Source: Candidatus Baldrarchaeum yapensis
GTDB lineage: Archaea; Asgardarchaeota; Baldrarchaeia; Baldrarchaeales; Baldrarchaeaceae
Direction: 5' to 3'
NCBI GenBank assembly: GCA_016840465.1
Contig: JAEOSH010000003.1
Span: 1 to 32,000 of the forward strand
Length of the DNA stretch: 32,000 nucleotides
In this document: piece by piece, positions 16,617 to 26,398 of the stretch
How positions within the stretch are numbered: position 1 is the first letter of the stretch
Layout: each line of letters starts with the position of its first letter
The notes under the pieces: generated by a model
What the model was told of the DNA's origin: nothing
What the model saw: only the letters and a program-made list of their open reading frames with translations
Database searches by the model: none
Program-made: the position numbers and the translations under genes

Positions 16617-17582
16617 TTAGGAAAGTTGGCACATTTTTAGTAGCCAGTTCCATTCTTCATCCACTATCTTTTGTATCTCATCTACCAAATGTCGGTTCTC
16701 CGGCGTAAACAGATGCCTGAATCTTCCCTGACGTTTAAGATACTCCTCAACCGGCTTTTTCATCTTGGGATTCCTAGCTATACTCCGGCTCACACCAGTA
16801 AGTTTGTACTTCCCATTTTCCGCCTCCCACAACGGAAATACACATGTTTGAACTGCCAATCGCGCCATCTCAATTGTATACCTAGGATCAAATCTCCACC
16901 CACGTGGGCAAGGAGCAAGTATGTGGATAAATGCAGGTCCCTCTACCTCGAGCCCCCTCCTAACCTTCCTCATCAAATCAAGGGGATAAGCCGGGCTGGC
17001 CGTCGCAACGTATGGGATCCTATGCGCCACCATTATATGCGAAATGGGCTTTTTCAGCTCGAGTTTTCCAGGTATCACCTTACCAGCGGGCGAAGTCGTC
17101 GTTGACGCATACTTAGGGGTACCTCCGCTCCTCTGAATTCCCGTGTTCATATAAGCTTCGTTGTCATAGAGTACATAAAGAATGTCATGACCACGTTCAA
17201 AAGCGCCACTTATCGCCTGGAACCCTATGTCATATGTTGCACCATCTCCTCCAAACGCTATGACATCAACATGATCGTACTTAAGTTTCCCGGCGCGTTT
17301 CAATGCCTTTAACCCGGCCTCTATGCCACTCGCGGTGGATGCGACGTTTTCGAACGCAGAGTGAATCCATGGAACTCTCCATGCCGTATATGGAAATATC
17401 GTGGTTGCAACTTCTAAGCAACCGGTTGCGCACGCGACTATTGTAGGCCCCCTTGTGGCCTTCATCACAAGTCTTGCAACTATTGCGGCACCACATCCTG
17501 CGCATAACCTATGTCCTGGGGCCAGCAGGTCTCTCTTTCTTGCAAGATCCTTCAATGACAACTTCTCCCCCGACATAATCAC
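16617..17582 (-). CDS. porB: Pyruvate/2-oxoacid:ferredoxin oxidoreductase beta subunit
   Basis: PGHRLCAGCG, ATGCLEV, GGDG...DIG, DNEAYMNTGIQRS (TPP-binding). Confidence 0.93.
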   Translation of the reverse strand: MIMSGEKLSLKDLARKRDLLAPGHRLCAGCGAAIVARLVMKATRGPTIVACATGCLEVATTIFPYTAWRVPWIHSAFENVASTASGIEAGLKALKRAGKLKYDHVDVIAFGGDGATYDIGFQAISGAFERGHDILYVLYDNEAYMNTGIQRSGGTPKYASTTTSPAGKVIPGKLELKKPISHIMVAHRIPYVATASPAYPLDLMRKVRRGLEVEGPAFIHILAPCPRGWRFDPRYTIEMARLAVQTCVFPLWEAENGKYKLTGVSRSIARNPKMKKPVEEYLKRQGRFRHLFTPENRHLVDEIQKIVDEEWNWLLKMCQLS

Positions 17583-18805
17583 TCCCTCAACCCTATAAAT
17601 TTCAATAACACATCGACCCTTCCTTTCTCCTTTATCTTCTCAAGGTCGTCGAAAATCTGCATTATCAAGTCCGGTGGCATATCTCTTCCTCCCAGACCAT
17701 AAACATAATTGCTAATTAGAGGTCGCCGCTCGAAGTCGTAGAATGCAGATCTTATCTCTAAAAACAATGGTCCACCCTGAGCACCAAAGCTTAAAGATCT
17801 GTCCAGAACACCTATCACTTCGACATGCTCCAACTCCTTGATTACCTCTTCATAGGGGAATGGCCTAAATGCACGAATCTTAAGAAGTCCTACCTTTCTT
17901 CCCTTTTCCCTTAACTTGTCCACCACTACCTTCGCAGTTCCCATGGTGCTTCCTAAACCGACAATCGCAACTTCCGCGCTCTCCAATTTGTACGGCTCCA
18001 AAAGGCCATACTCTCTGCCGCTGATCTTTCCATACTCCCTTCCAACATCGACAATTACCTTCTTTGCGTTCTTCATAGCCTCAACTTGCTGTCTTTTATG
18101 TTCAAAGTAGAAATCATAAAGATCGAGCGGGCCTATCGTTATTGGATTCTCGGGATCAAGAACGAACGGTACCTCCCTTCCCTCATGGCTTCTGACCTTT
18201 ACAAATTTCCTTTCGCCAATGAATTCCTTAACATCCTCATCGGGCAATGTGTGAACATTCTCCAAAGTATGGCTCAGCACAAAACCGTCTAAACAGAACA
18301 TTACCGGTAAAAGCACATCAGGATGCTCGGCTATCTTCCATGCTTGAATTGCCGCATCGTAGGCCTCCTGACTGTTCTCACAGTAGATCTGAATCCACCC
18401 GCTATCGCGGGCACCCATACTATCACTATGATCGCAGTGGATGTTTATCGGAGCACTCAGCGCTCGGTTCACTATAGCCATAACTATCGGTAACCGGCAA
18501 CTTGCAGCTATATAAAGGGTTTCCCACATAAAAGCAAGACCCGCCGACGCCGTCGCCGTAAATGCTCTTGCACCAACTGCAGCAGCGCCTATACACGCAC
18601 TCATTGCACTATGCTCACTCTCAACTGCTATATATTCAGTTTTTATCTCTCCGTTAGCGACATATTCGGAAATTCTTTCCACTATTATTGTCTGAGGGGT
18701 AATCGGATATGCCGCGACAACATCAGGCTCCACTTGCTTAATTGCATATGCTACGGCCTCGTCTCCCGTTAATCCCAAAACTTTTCCTCGCATACCCATT
18801 TTCAT
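17579..18805 (-). CDS. porA: Pyruvate/2-oxoacid:ferredoxin oxidoreductase alpha subunit
   Basis: AYPITPQT, VESEHSAMS, RALSAPINIHCDHSD, FRPFP, YGLGGRD. Start ATG 18805 is coupled to the delta stop (TGATG). Confidence 0.93.
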   Translation of the reverse strand: MKMGMRGKVLGLTGDEAVAYAIKQVEPDVVAAYPITPQTIIVERISEYVANGEIKTEYIAVESEHSAMSACIGAAAVGARAFTATASAGLAFMWETLYIAASCRLPIVMAIVNRALSAPINIHCDHSDSMGARDSGWIQIYCENSQEAYDAAIQAWKIAEHPDVLLPVMFCLDGFVLSHTLENVHTLPDEDVKEFIGERKFVKVRSHEGREVPFVLDPENPITIGPLDLYDFYFEHKRQQVEAMKNAKKVIVDVGREYGKISGREYGLLEPYKLESAEVAIVGLGSTMGTAKVVVDKLREKGRKVGLLKIRAFRPFPYEEVIKELEHVEVIGVLDRSLSFGAQGGPLFLEIRSAFYDFERRPLISNYVYGLGGRDMPPDLIMQIFDDLEKIKEKGRVDVLLKFIGLRE

Positions 18806-19080
18806 CACTCCTGAACCGATTCTAAAGCCCCCCTCGGACACTCATTCACACATATTAAACAGCCCTTACAATAGTCGTAATCTATTTCGATATCCCCCGT
18901 ATCGAGCACCTTGATCGCCCCTTCGGGACAATAGAAATGACAGAGGTAGCATCTGTTGCATTTCTCCTTGTTAAGAACTGGTCTGAAAACTCTCCAGTCG
19001 CCGGTCTTGTACTCCTCACTCGGTTTAAATGCAACTCCGCCGATCGGAATGTCACGCCAGCCCGGAAGACGTTCCGTCAT
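18805..19080 (-). CDS. porD: Pyruvate/2-oxoacid:ferredoxin oxidoreductase delta subunit (2x[4Fe-4S])
   Basis: KTGDWR..RP, CxxCxxCxxxCP twice, YDYCKGC. Confidence 0.93.
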   Translation of the reverse strand: MTERLPGWRDIPIGGVAFKPSEEYKTGDWRVFRPVLNKEKCNRCYLCHFYCPEGAIKVLDTGDIEIDYDYCKGCLICVNECPRGALESVQE

Positions 19081-19634
19081 TCGGAAACTACCTCCTCATA
19101 CGCCTTTTTTATAAGTTCCACATTTTTCTCGACAATACTCTCTTCAAACGTTTCCTTTATTACGTCTAATACCGACTGAAGTGAAACTATCTGTGTGGCC
19201 CTGACCGCCGCACCAACCATGGCAGTATTCGTAATCCCCCTTCCCAATATGCGCACTGCAAGACTTGTTGCATCAATAGACCATATCTTCCCATCTGTAA
19301 CCTTCAACTTCTCGCGTATCTCCTTTGGTTTATCCTTAGAATTGACTACGAGTATAGAACTGGGCTTCATACCCCTCAATACTTGAGATCCTAAAAGTGT
19401 CGGATCTAAAACTACAATGACGTCGGGATTGTAAATTCCACAGTGAAGATTGATAGGCTCGTCGCTTATGCGCGTATACGCCTCTATCGGCGCGCCCATT
19501 CTTTCAGGGCCAAATGTTGGAAAACTCTGCACATATTTTCCTTCCTTTAATGCAGCAAGTGCGAGAATTTGGGATGCAGTCCATGCTCCCTGACCGCCAC
19601 GTCCGTGAAACCTTATTTCCAGCAAGTGTGCCAT
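19077..19634 (-). CDS. porG: Pyruvate/2-oxoacid:ferredoxin oxidoreductase gamma subunit
   Basis: EIRFHGRGGQG, FGPERMGAP, NTAMVGA. Confidence 0.93.
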   Translation of the reverse strand: MAHLLEIRFHGRGGQGAWTASQILALAALKEGKYVQSFPTFGPERMGAPIEAYTRISDEPINLHCGIYNPDVIVVLDPTLLGSQVLRGMKPSSILVVNSKDKPKEIREKLKVTDGKIWSIDATSLAVRILGRGITNTAMVGAAVRATQIVSLQSVLDVIKETFEESIVEKNVELIKKAYEEVVSE

Positions 19635-19734
19635 ATGTCAACACTCCCAAAACTTTCTTACTAATACTATCCTTTTAGAGGTTTGGTAATTTCCTTTCCG
19701 CGAAACTATATATGATTTCTAAATAAAACAAGTT

Positions 19735-20298
19735 ATGGAGATGGAACAAATGGGCAAAATAAATATTATAGTAACTGGACCACCACGAAGCGGAAAAAGC
19801 ACCTTAATCTCAAAAATAATTGAAGAACTTCACAAAAAAGGGCTTAAAACAGGAGGAATATCAACACCCGAAGTGAGAGAACGAGGAGTGAGGATAGGAT
19901 TCAAGATAATAGACATAGCATCGGGAAATGAAGCATGGATGGCGCATGTTAACATAAAGAGCCCCTATCGGGTATCAAAATACGGAGTTGACCTGAATGC
20001 TATCGAAAGCGTGGGTGTTAATGCCATACTAAATGCGATAGAATCCGCCGACGTAATCATAATAGATGAAATAGGAAAGATGGAACTATTCTCAAAAGAA
20101 TTCCAAAATGCGGTGTCCAGAGCACTTGATTCCAGCAAGCTAGTGATCGGAACCATGGGATTAAAAATCAAACACCCCTTCATAGAGTTTATCAAAAAGA
20201 GAAAAGATGTTCTGATATACTACTTGGAAAGAGGTCGATTGAATCAGGTGTATACCGAAATAAGGAAAAAAGTGTTTGAAGCGCTAAACGTGGTATGA
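19735..20298 (+). CDS. THEP1-family nucleoside triphosphatase
   Basis: TGPPRSGKST, T.EVRE.G.RIGF, KYGV, IIDEIGKMEL.S. Confidence 0.9.
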   Translation: MEMEQMGKINIIVTGPPRSGKSTLISKIIEELHKKGLKTGGISTPEVRERGVRIGFKIIDIASGNEAWMAHVNIKSPYRVSKYGVDLNAIESVGVNAILNAIESADVIIIDEIGKMELFSKEFQNAVSRALDSSKLVIGTMGLKIKHPFIEFIKKRKDVLIYYLERGRLNQVYTEIRKKVFEALNVV

Positions 20299-23200
20299 GG
20301 TATCCTCGCCACTCCTCTCTTCCTCTCCGGTGACGAGCTTCCTACCGCAATATGGACAATAACGTGCACCCGGCGCCAATCTCATCCCACAGTACGGGCA
20401 ATAATTGAAGTATTGAACCGGTGGTGCTGGAACTGTAGGCGGATAGTAATAAGGAACTCTAGGCGGCAATCTTGCCAGCAGTTTCTTTCTCCGATAGATT
20501 ACGAATACCGCTACCAGCGCTACTGCAACAATCCCCACCATCATCAGTGCCATGTGGATGAATTCTCGAGGTACGACCTCCACTAACATCACTATGTAGT
20601 TCGTGTCTCCGTCCACATCTCTCGAAGCTAATATCAGTGCATATGCTCCTTTGAGCTCTATACTTATCTTTCTCTCCTCATAAATTCCCATGAGCAACGG
20701 AATCTCGATCTTGCCATCCTTAGGAACTCTCAGAGGGTTAGGATATTTTGCTGCATAGAGAGGCAGCTCGAAGACTATTAGAATATCGAGATCAATAAGA
20801 ATTGCGAATTGCTCTAATTCCGATTTCGTGTCCTGTAAATCCTCAGAAGATATTGAAAATGACGCTGATGCTCCCCAAACGAGTTTGTACATGGAACCTT
20901 GCTGCACGACCTCTCCGGCAAATTGGCACTTTGATATCTTAGGAATTGTGTTAAACACGAATATATCCTTTTCGAGTGGAATCGCATAACTGATGTGATT
21001 TTCCGTTAGGTTAAATACCAGGATGCTTTTGTATAAATCTGAAAAGTCCTCCGATGAGAATATTACGTTTTCGGAGGTATAAATACCATTTTTCATCGGT
21101 AGGTCAACGAATTTCGTGGTCAAGTTTCTTTTCGACAACGTTGACATTGTCAGAACGGACTCCATCAATATATGGACGTTTTGTATCTCCGCTTGGACAT
21201 AATTGCTGGTAACATTTACCCTAAACTGCAAAGCTTGGTAACCCTTACAAACATTCAGTGGGAATTGTACGAATTCGCTCCATAATGGAAGTTTCTCCTC
21301 CTCAGGCAAACTCTTAAGATCCACCACCTCGATATCTACCGAAAAGTCGTTAGGCGAAGGAACATAAGGTATTGTTAGAAAACCCCCCTCGCCAACCGAA
21401 TTATTCAAGTACACTTGAATAATGTGAGCAACCTCTGATGTGTTAACCTCAATGGTCACATACCCTGGAACGTGCACAACCTTTTTCTCTTCATCAATTT
21501 TAACTGTTACATTCATGCTTGAAGTGGAGTACAGCCCTATCGTCACATTTACGCTTTTAGAACCGCCAGTTTCAATTATAACGTCTTCAGGACATACAAC
21601 AACCTTATTGTTGTCTATTCCGCTTAGTATCCAGTTTATGGTATTATTAAGGAGTAAGAGGTGATCTCCCTCAAGTATCAGATCATCGTAAAACAGCCTC
21701 TCAGAACCAATAGCAAAAATCTTTCCGCTCCCATCGCTTTCAAAAACAGCAAGAACACACGAATTACCTATGAATCCCAAGGGTCTAGCTCCCATTGTCG
21801 TATCCACAGCAAGCGCAACGCCAGTTAGCCACAGCACCTTCTGGCTATCAACGTTCTTTGTAATGGGGTGGGTTCTATCCAATTTCTCTAACGTCAAAAT
21901 TCCGGTTATGCTTTTTAAAATGCCAAGATCTCGAGATAGTTCAATGTTTTCCTTCGTAAACGATAGTCCAAATTCTTTCAAAACTTCGGAGACAGCATCA
22001 GCATCAAAGCCGGGATAAAAGCTACCTAAAACTATCAATGTACCACCATTTTTGACAAACTCTCTAATTGCGGAGATCTCTTCGGTTAAAAACTCAATCT
22101 CGACATCTGTAAGTATCAGTATGTCGTAATTTCTCAAAATGTCATATGTCAGGAGATTCTGCCATACATCAACATCTATAGAATTATTTGCAAAAAGCTC
22201 CGCAAATTTGTAGAAATTGTGATGAGGAGAGTCGTCTGCATCAATATTATGCAATTTATCAAATAACGCCTTTGCTCTCGGGAATTTAACCACAAAGCTT
22301 ATTGTAACGTTATCGAGGGGCTTTCCATTTGTATCTTTAAAGATCATATATCCATGATACTTTCCGGCACTCGCGTTTAGCGGAATTTTCATCCGAATGG
22401 TCATTGCGTATACTCCGGAGACGTTACTTATCGTCGCTGGCACCTCAAAGAACTGTCTAAGTGTAGAATTGACAAGTTCCACGGAAATCGTATCGAATTT
22501 TTGAGGCGTTATTAAAATCAACGTCAAATTATATTCATCTCCCGGAAACATGAAAATCTGTGGTTTTTGTGGAAGTTTATTGGGGCAAACCTCCAAATAT
22601 GCTCCAGAGCTGTTAAGAATATTTCCTATGTTTTTTTCTAAGAATTCACATGCCGCGCTGACATTAATTAGACCTGCACCGTAACCGTTGAACTCATAAC
22701 CCGGTAGATTTCTTCGTGCGGTAACCATTAGTGCGTATCTCACCAAATATGGAAGAAGATGCTTTACCTCCGGACGCTGTAAATCAACGTGCAATTTATC
22801 TCTTAAATATTGGAGAATAATTGCGCATGCGCCCGAAACCACTGGTGTTGCCATGCTTGTACCGCTTAATGCAACATACCACTCGTTAATCAACTGTTTT
22901 GCGTTTAACTTCTTGAACGCCCCCTCTAGGTGGCTTCCTCGCGCTAAGGGTCCGATGACCAAATAGCCGGGTGCAACAACATCCGGTTCGGCAGACCAGT
23001 TTGCACTGAATCCTTTACTGCTAAAATCTGTTAGGCGGCCATTCCAGTCAACGGCTCCGACAGTTATAACTAATGGATCTCCTCCAGGATAAGATACTGA
23101 ATTGTAAAACGGTCCCTCATTTCCAGCAGCGGCGACTACAATTATTCCATTATTAACAAGTTTTCTAATAACCTCAGCTAACGCCCTCTCATACGTTGGA

Positions 23201-24057
23201 GCACCTAGACTTAGGTTTACGATCACGTTTTTATTTTCATTCATAGCTTTTTCGTATACCACTTCAAGGGCCTTAATGAGGGCCCAGAGGGTTCCTTGAC
23301 CGTATCTGCTTAAGCACTTGATGTTCCAAATTTGTGCGCCCGGCGCCACACCCATGTACTTTTTATTCGACGCGTAGCCGGTACCTGCTGCTATTCCGGC
23401 AACGTGAGTCCCATGACCAAAATAGTCTCGTTCTGATTCATTATAATTCTCCGGAAAACCGTAAGTTTCGTTTACAAGCGAAATTTCGTATTTTACCTTG
23501 CCGCGCAAATCCGGATGAGCATCATAAATACCAGTGTCAATCACGGCTATTACTATCCCGGATCCATTAATACCCTCCTCTATAAGATCCTCTGCTGATA
23601 CAAATCTAGGCAAGGACTGATTCAAAATTTTACTTAAATATGACTGCGAAACATAATCAAACAATGGATCGGTGATTGCCTTGAAAATCCTATTGCGGCT
23701 ATAGCACTTAACAACATGCGACCTTATGAGCAGATACAGACTTCTGGCATCCCCTTCTATTAATGCAACTCTAAGTGATTTAGAGGAGTCCAATACCTTT
23801 ACGTTTAACCTTCTGCACATGCTCGTTAAGGCATTTAAATCGTCATAACAGACAATTAACTGAACTCTTCCATCAATTTTGCCATTAAGGCCAAATAAGT
23901 TAACTAATGCATTGAGATCTTTAATCCGGTTGGCAGGGGTCGTTACGTGTGAATTCAATGGGGATAGAGAGAGCGGAAACAACATCAGAAATATTAGAAA
24001 AATTGCTGTTGATGCCCTAGGATGATGATTGTCATTTCTTATACATTTGTTGTTCAT
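20284..24057 (-). CDS. Membrane-anchored S8 subtilase (Site-1-protease-like architecture) with cytoplasmic zinc ribbon
   Basis: Signal peptide, prodomain, D174 (IDTG), H215 (HGTHVAG), N313 (AGNEG), S401 (GTSMA). Then an Ig-like region, a DUF4350/GldG-like domain, a C-terminal TM helix, a Pro-rich linker and CPYCG-x-CPYCG. Confidence 0.9.
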   Translation of the reverse strand: MNNKCIRNDNHHPRASTAIFLIFLMLFPLSLSPLNSHVTTPANRIKDLNALVNLFGLNGKIDGRVQLIVCYDDLNALTSMCRRLNVKVLDSSKSLRVALIEGDARSLYLLIRSHVVKCYSRNRIFKAITDPLFDYVSQSYLSKILNQSLPRFVSAEDLIEEGINGSGIVIAVIDTGIYDAHPDLRGKVKYEISLVNETYGFPENYNESERDYFGHGTHVAGIAAGTGYASNKKYMGVAPGAQIWNIKCLSRYGQGTLWALIKALEVVYEKAMNENKNVIVNLSLGAPTYERALAEVIRKLVNNGIIVVAAAGNEGPFYNSVSYPGGDPLVITVGAVDWNGRLTDFSSKGFSANWSAEPDVVAPGYLVIGPLARGSHLEGAFKKLNAKQLINEWYVALSGTSMATPVVSGACAIILQYLRDKLHVDLQRPEVKHLLPYLVRYALMVTARRNLPGYEFNGYGAGLINVSAACEFLEKNIGNILNSSGAYLEVCPNKLPQKPQIFMFPGDEYNLTLILITPQKFDTISVELVNSTLRQFFEVPATISNVSGVYAMTIRMKIPLNASAGKYHGYMIFKDTNGKPLDNVTISFVVKFPRAKALFDKLHNIDADDSPHHNFYKFAELFANNSIDVDVWQNLLTYDILRNYDILILTDVEIEFLTEEISAIREFVKNGGTLIVLGSFYPGFDADAVSEVLKEFGLSFTKENIELSRDLGILKSITGILTLEKLDRTHPITKNVDSQKVLWLTGVALAVDTTMGARPLGFIGNSCVLAVFESDGSGKIFAIGSERLFYDDLILEGDHLLLLNNTINWILSGIDNNKVVVCPEDVIIETGGSKSVNVTIGLYSTSSMNVTVKIDEEKKVVHVPGYVTIEVNTSEVAHIIQVYLNNSVGEGGFLTIPYVPSPNDFSVDIEVVDLKSLPEEEKLPLWSEFVQFPLNVCKGYQALQFRVNVTSNYVQAEIQNVHILMESVLTMSTLSKRNLTTKFVDLPMKNGIYTSENVIFSSEDFSDLYKSILVFNLTENHISYAIPLEKDIFVFNTIPKISKCQFAGEVVQQGSMYKLVWGASASFSISSEDLQDTKSELEQFAILIDLDILIVFELPLYAAKYPNPLRVPKDGKIEIPLLMGIYEERKISIELKGAYALILASRDVDGDTNYIVMLVEVVPREFIHMALMMVGIVAVALVAVFVIYRRKKLLARLPPRVPYYYPPTVPAPPVQYFNYCPYCGMRLAPGARYCPYCGRKLVTGEEERSGEDTSYHV

Positions 24058-24075
24058 GAAACCACCAATTTCGTG

Positions 24076-24780
24076 TTATGTTCGTCCTCCTGATACCCTC
24101 ACCAATTTTCCATTTTTCAACTCAAAAACCTTGTCCGTGGAGGACGCTAAAGCCCTGTTATGAGTTGCTAGAATAATCGTAGTTCGACGCTTTCTATTTA
24201 TTTCTCTCAATAACCATATTACTTCCTTCTCAGATTGTGGATCAAGTGCCGCTGTGGGCTCGTCCGCAAATATGACTACAGGGTTCGTTATTAACGCCCT
24301 CGCTATTGCTATTTTCTGTTTCTCACCGCCTGACAATTCATCTGGATAGTGATTGACACGATGTGTCATTCCCACAAGTTCGAGGACCTTTAAAGCTCTT
24401 GTCCTTATTTCCCTGTCCGATAGTTTGGTTGGATATAAAGGAGATTCGACGTTTTCAAGCGCTGTAAACTCGGGAATGAGGTTGAAATGCTGGAAAACAA
24501 ACCCCATATTCTCTCTTCGAAGATCGGCTAACTCCTCCTCGCTCATCCTTGTCATGTCCTCCCCCTCAAAGTAGACTTTACCGCTATCGGGTTTGTCAAG
24601 TCCGCTGAGGATATTAATGAGAGTGGTCTTCCCACTCCCGGTTGCCCCAACTATCACCACAAAATCCCCTAACCCTATCGAAAGGTTCACTTTGTCGAGT
24701 ACTGTAATCTCTCGCCCCTCTTTTTCATATCTCTTCACAACATCTCGTACCTCAAATAGTGGCTCTGACAATAGTCTCAC
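24076..24780 (-). CDS. ABC transporter ATP-binding protein, LolD/MacB type
   Basis: GATGSGKTT, GFVFQHFNL, LSGGEKQ, FADEPT, ATHN. Confidence 0.92.
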   Translation of the reverse strand: MRLLSEPLFEVRDVVKRYEKEGREITVLDKVNLSIGLGDFVVIVGATGSGKTTLINILSGLDKPDSGKVYFEGEDMTRMSEEELADLRRENMGFVFQHFNLIPEFTALENVESPLYPTKLSDREIRTRALKVLELVGMTHRVNHYPDELSGGEKQKIAIARALITNPVVIFADEPTAALDPQSEKEVIWLLREINRKRRTTIILATHNRALASSTDKVFELKNGKLVRVSGGRT

Positions 24781-25940
24781 CTCTCTATCAGCCGCAATGC
24801 GTCTACTGGTTTAACCTTAGTTATGCTACGCTGATATAGGTATCCACCTGGGACCTGTGTACTCACCATTATAACAACAAATGAAATCAGCACTGTGTAT
24901 ACGGATAACGGTACGTAGATTTGTGCGGTGAACAACCTGTAGATCGCTAGTGCCAGAAGACCGAAGAAGAACCCGAGAATCGTGACAAATAGGAGTTCCG
25001 CTAGTGTTAATAGCCTCAGGTTCCCTGTACTCCACCCAAGAGATCTTAAAATTGCCAGACTTCTTTTTCTTAACCTAATATCCAAGTAAGAGAAGAGTGC
25101 TCCGACAATTAAGCACCCAAATACCGAAAACGCGAATAAAACTATCATTGGCGAAAACAGCCTATAGTTATCATTTGCACTAGCATAAATTACCTCGAAG
25201 TCCTTATATTCGTTCTTCAGTAGTATTCCGACTCTCTCAACGTTGTCCCACCCGCTAAACAGCCACCCCTCAACTATCACTATATACCCGAACACATACT
25301 TTTGAAGGCCATATTTCTCACAAATGCGCTTCACGTCACTCTCATGCGCAATTATCCAGTTCATTCCCCCATTAGGCAGTTTATCCTCAGAAAGCATCCC
25401 AACTACGTGAAAGCTATATTTTCCTATTTTCAGAATACTGGATGGCCTTAACGATACCGTAGCGTTTTTACTGATATTCAAGACGTTAGCTGAAGACAGC
25501 ATAATTTCCCCCTCCCTCGCTATGTAGTCTCCCTCTCTCAGTGATGAAGGGGAAAGGTCGAAACTCTCAGAAAGTACGTAACACCACTTGTTGTCGGGAT
25601 TTACGGCTACCATTATTGCATTTACGCCCAGATCTTCGAGTTCGCTCAAATTCACAAACCATACGGCTACGACTTTCTCGACATCATCGTATCTTGCAAG
25701 CTTTTCTTCCAAATTTTCATCGTAACTCACATAAGTAAATCCCTTGGGCCTTAGAATGATGCCCTTTGATTGTACTAAAAGAGTTGTCGAATGAGCGTCC
25801 CAGACAAAATTCAAGGAAAATAACATTAACCCCGAGATGAATGTAAACAGGATCACAAACACAATAGCTCTTCGCTTTGCTCTTGTTATGATGCGGATTC
25901 CCGTCAGTAAAATTCTGCGTCGCACGTCCCACTCCCTCAT
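24777..25940 (-). CDS. FtsX/MacB/LolE-like ABC permease
   Basis: One N-terminal TM, a large soluble loop and three C-terminal TMs; R...AILRSLGW motif; overlaps the ATPase start by 4 nt. Confidence 0.85.
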   Translation of the reverse strand: MREWDVRRRILLTGIRIITRAKRRAIVFVILFTFISGLMLFSLNFVWDAHSTTLLVQSKGIILRPKGFTYVSYDENLEEKLARYDDVEKVVAVWFVNLSELEDLGVNAIMVAVNPDNKWCYVLSESFDLSPSSLREGDYIAREGEIMLSSANVLNISKNATVSLRPSSILKIGKYSFHVVGMLSEDKLPNGGMNWIIAHESDVKRICEKYGLQKYVFGYIVIVEGWLFSGWDNVERVGILLKNEYKDFEVIYASANDNYRLFSPMIVLFAFSVFGCLIVGALFSYLDIRLRKRSLAILRSLGWSTGNLRLLTLAELLFVTILGFFFGLLALAIYRLFTAQIYVPLSVYTVLISFVVIMVSTQVPGGYLYQRSITKVKPVDALRLIER

Positions 25941-26029
25941 ACTTGTTATATCAACTAACTTTGGGGTTATGTCTCATCAAGGCACTTTATAAGTAAAAGT
26001 CTTTTGGGTTCTCGCCACATAATATGGAT

Positions 26030-26398
26030 CTAACCACTTCTCTCTATCGCTATTAACCCTATGAGCGCCAAAAAGCACGCTGCAATGGTATACCCATAGG
26101 CATTCTTAATGATATCAGTCTCTAACGGCAAATACATGTACTCATATATCAGTACTCCGATAGTTATGCTAAGAAAGAATCCTCCTAACGCTAGAAGCTC
26201 AGTCTCACGAGGCTTTGCTCCCCCGAGAGCAACGCCTGCTATGAACGTTGTGACGAAGGGTGCTACAAACCAGACCCAGTACTGAAAACCCGTGATTATA
26301 CAAGCAAAGGAAAGGAGCACAACTCCAAACCCGAATATCAATCCTCCGAATAACGCTGCAATTCCGCGCGTCATGACATTCACCCGTGCGGTAGTCAC
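26030..26398 (-). CDS. Small membrane protein (about 4 TM helices), unknown function
   Basis: Hydrophobic 122-aa ORF; GTGA overlap with the mtnA stop. Confidence 0.7.
   Translation of the reverse strand: MTTARVNVMTRGIAALFGGLIFGFGVVLLSFACIITGFQYWVWFVAPFVTTFIAGVALGGAKPRETELLALGGFFLSITIGVLIYEYMYLPLETDIIKNAYGYTIAACFLALIGLIAIERSG

Noticed and set aside
16617-19634. Four-gene oxidoreductase cluster
   Set aside because: Canonical gamma-delta-alpha-beta por/vor operon; only substrate specificity is uncertain.
20400-20480. PPxY/late-domain motif in the protease cytoplasmic tail
   Set aside because: The Pro/Tyr-rich tail (LPPRVPYYYPPTVPAPP) has no exact PPxY or P(S/T)AP; Pro-rich linker plus zinc ribbon tails are common on archaeal membrane proteins.
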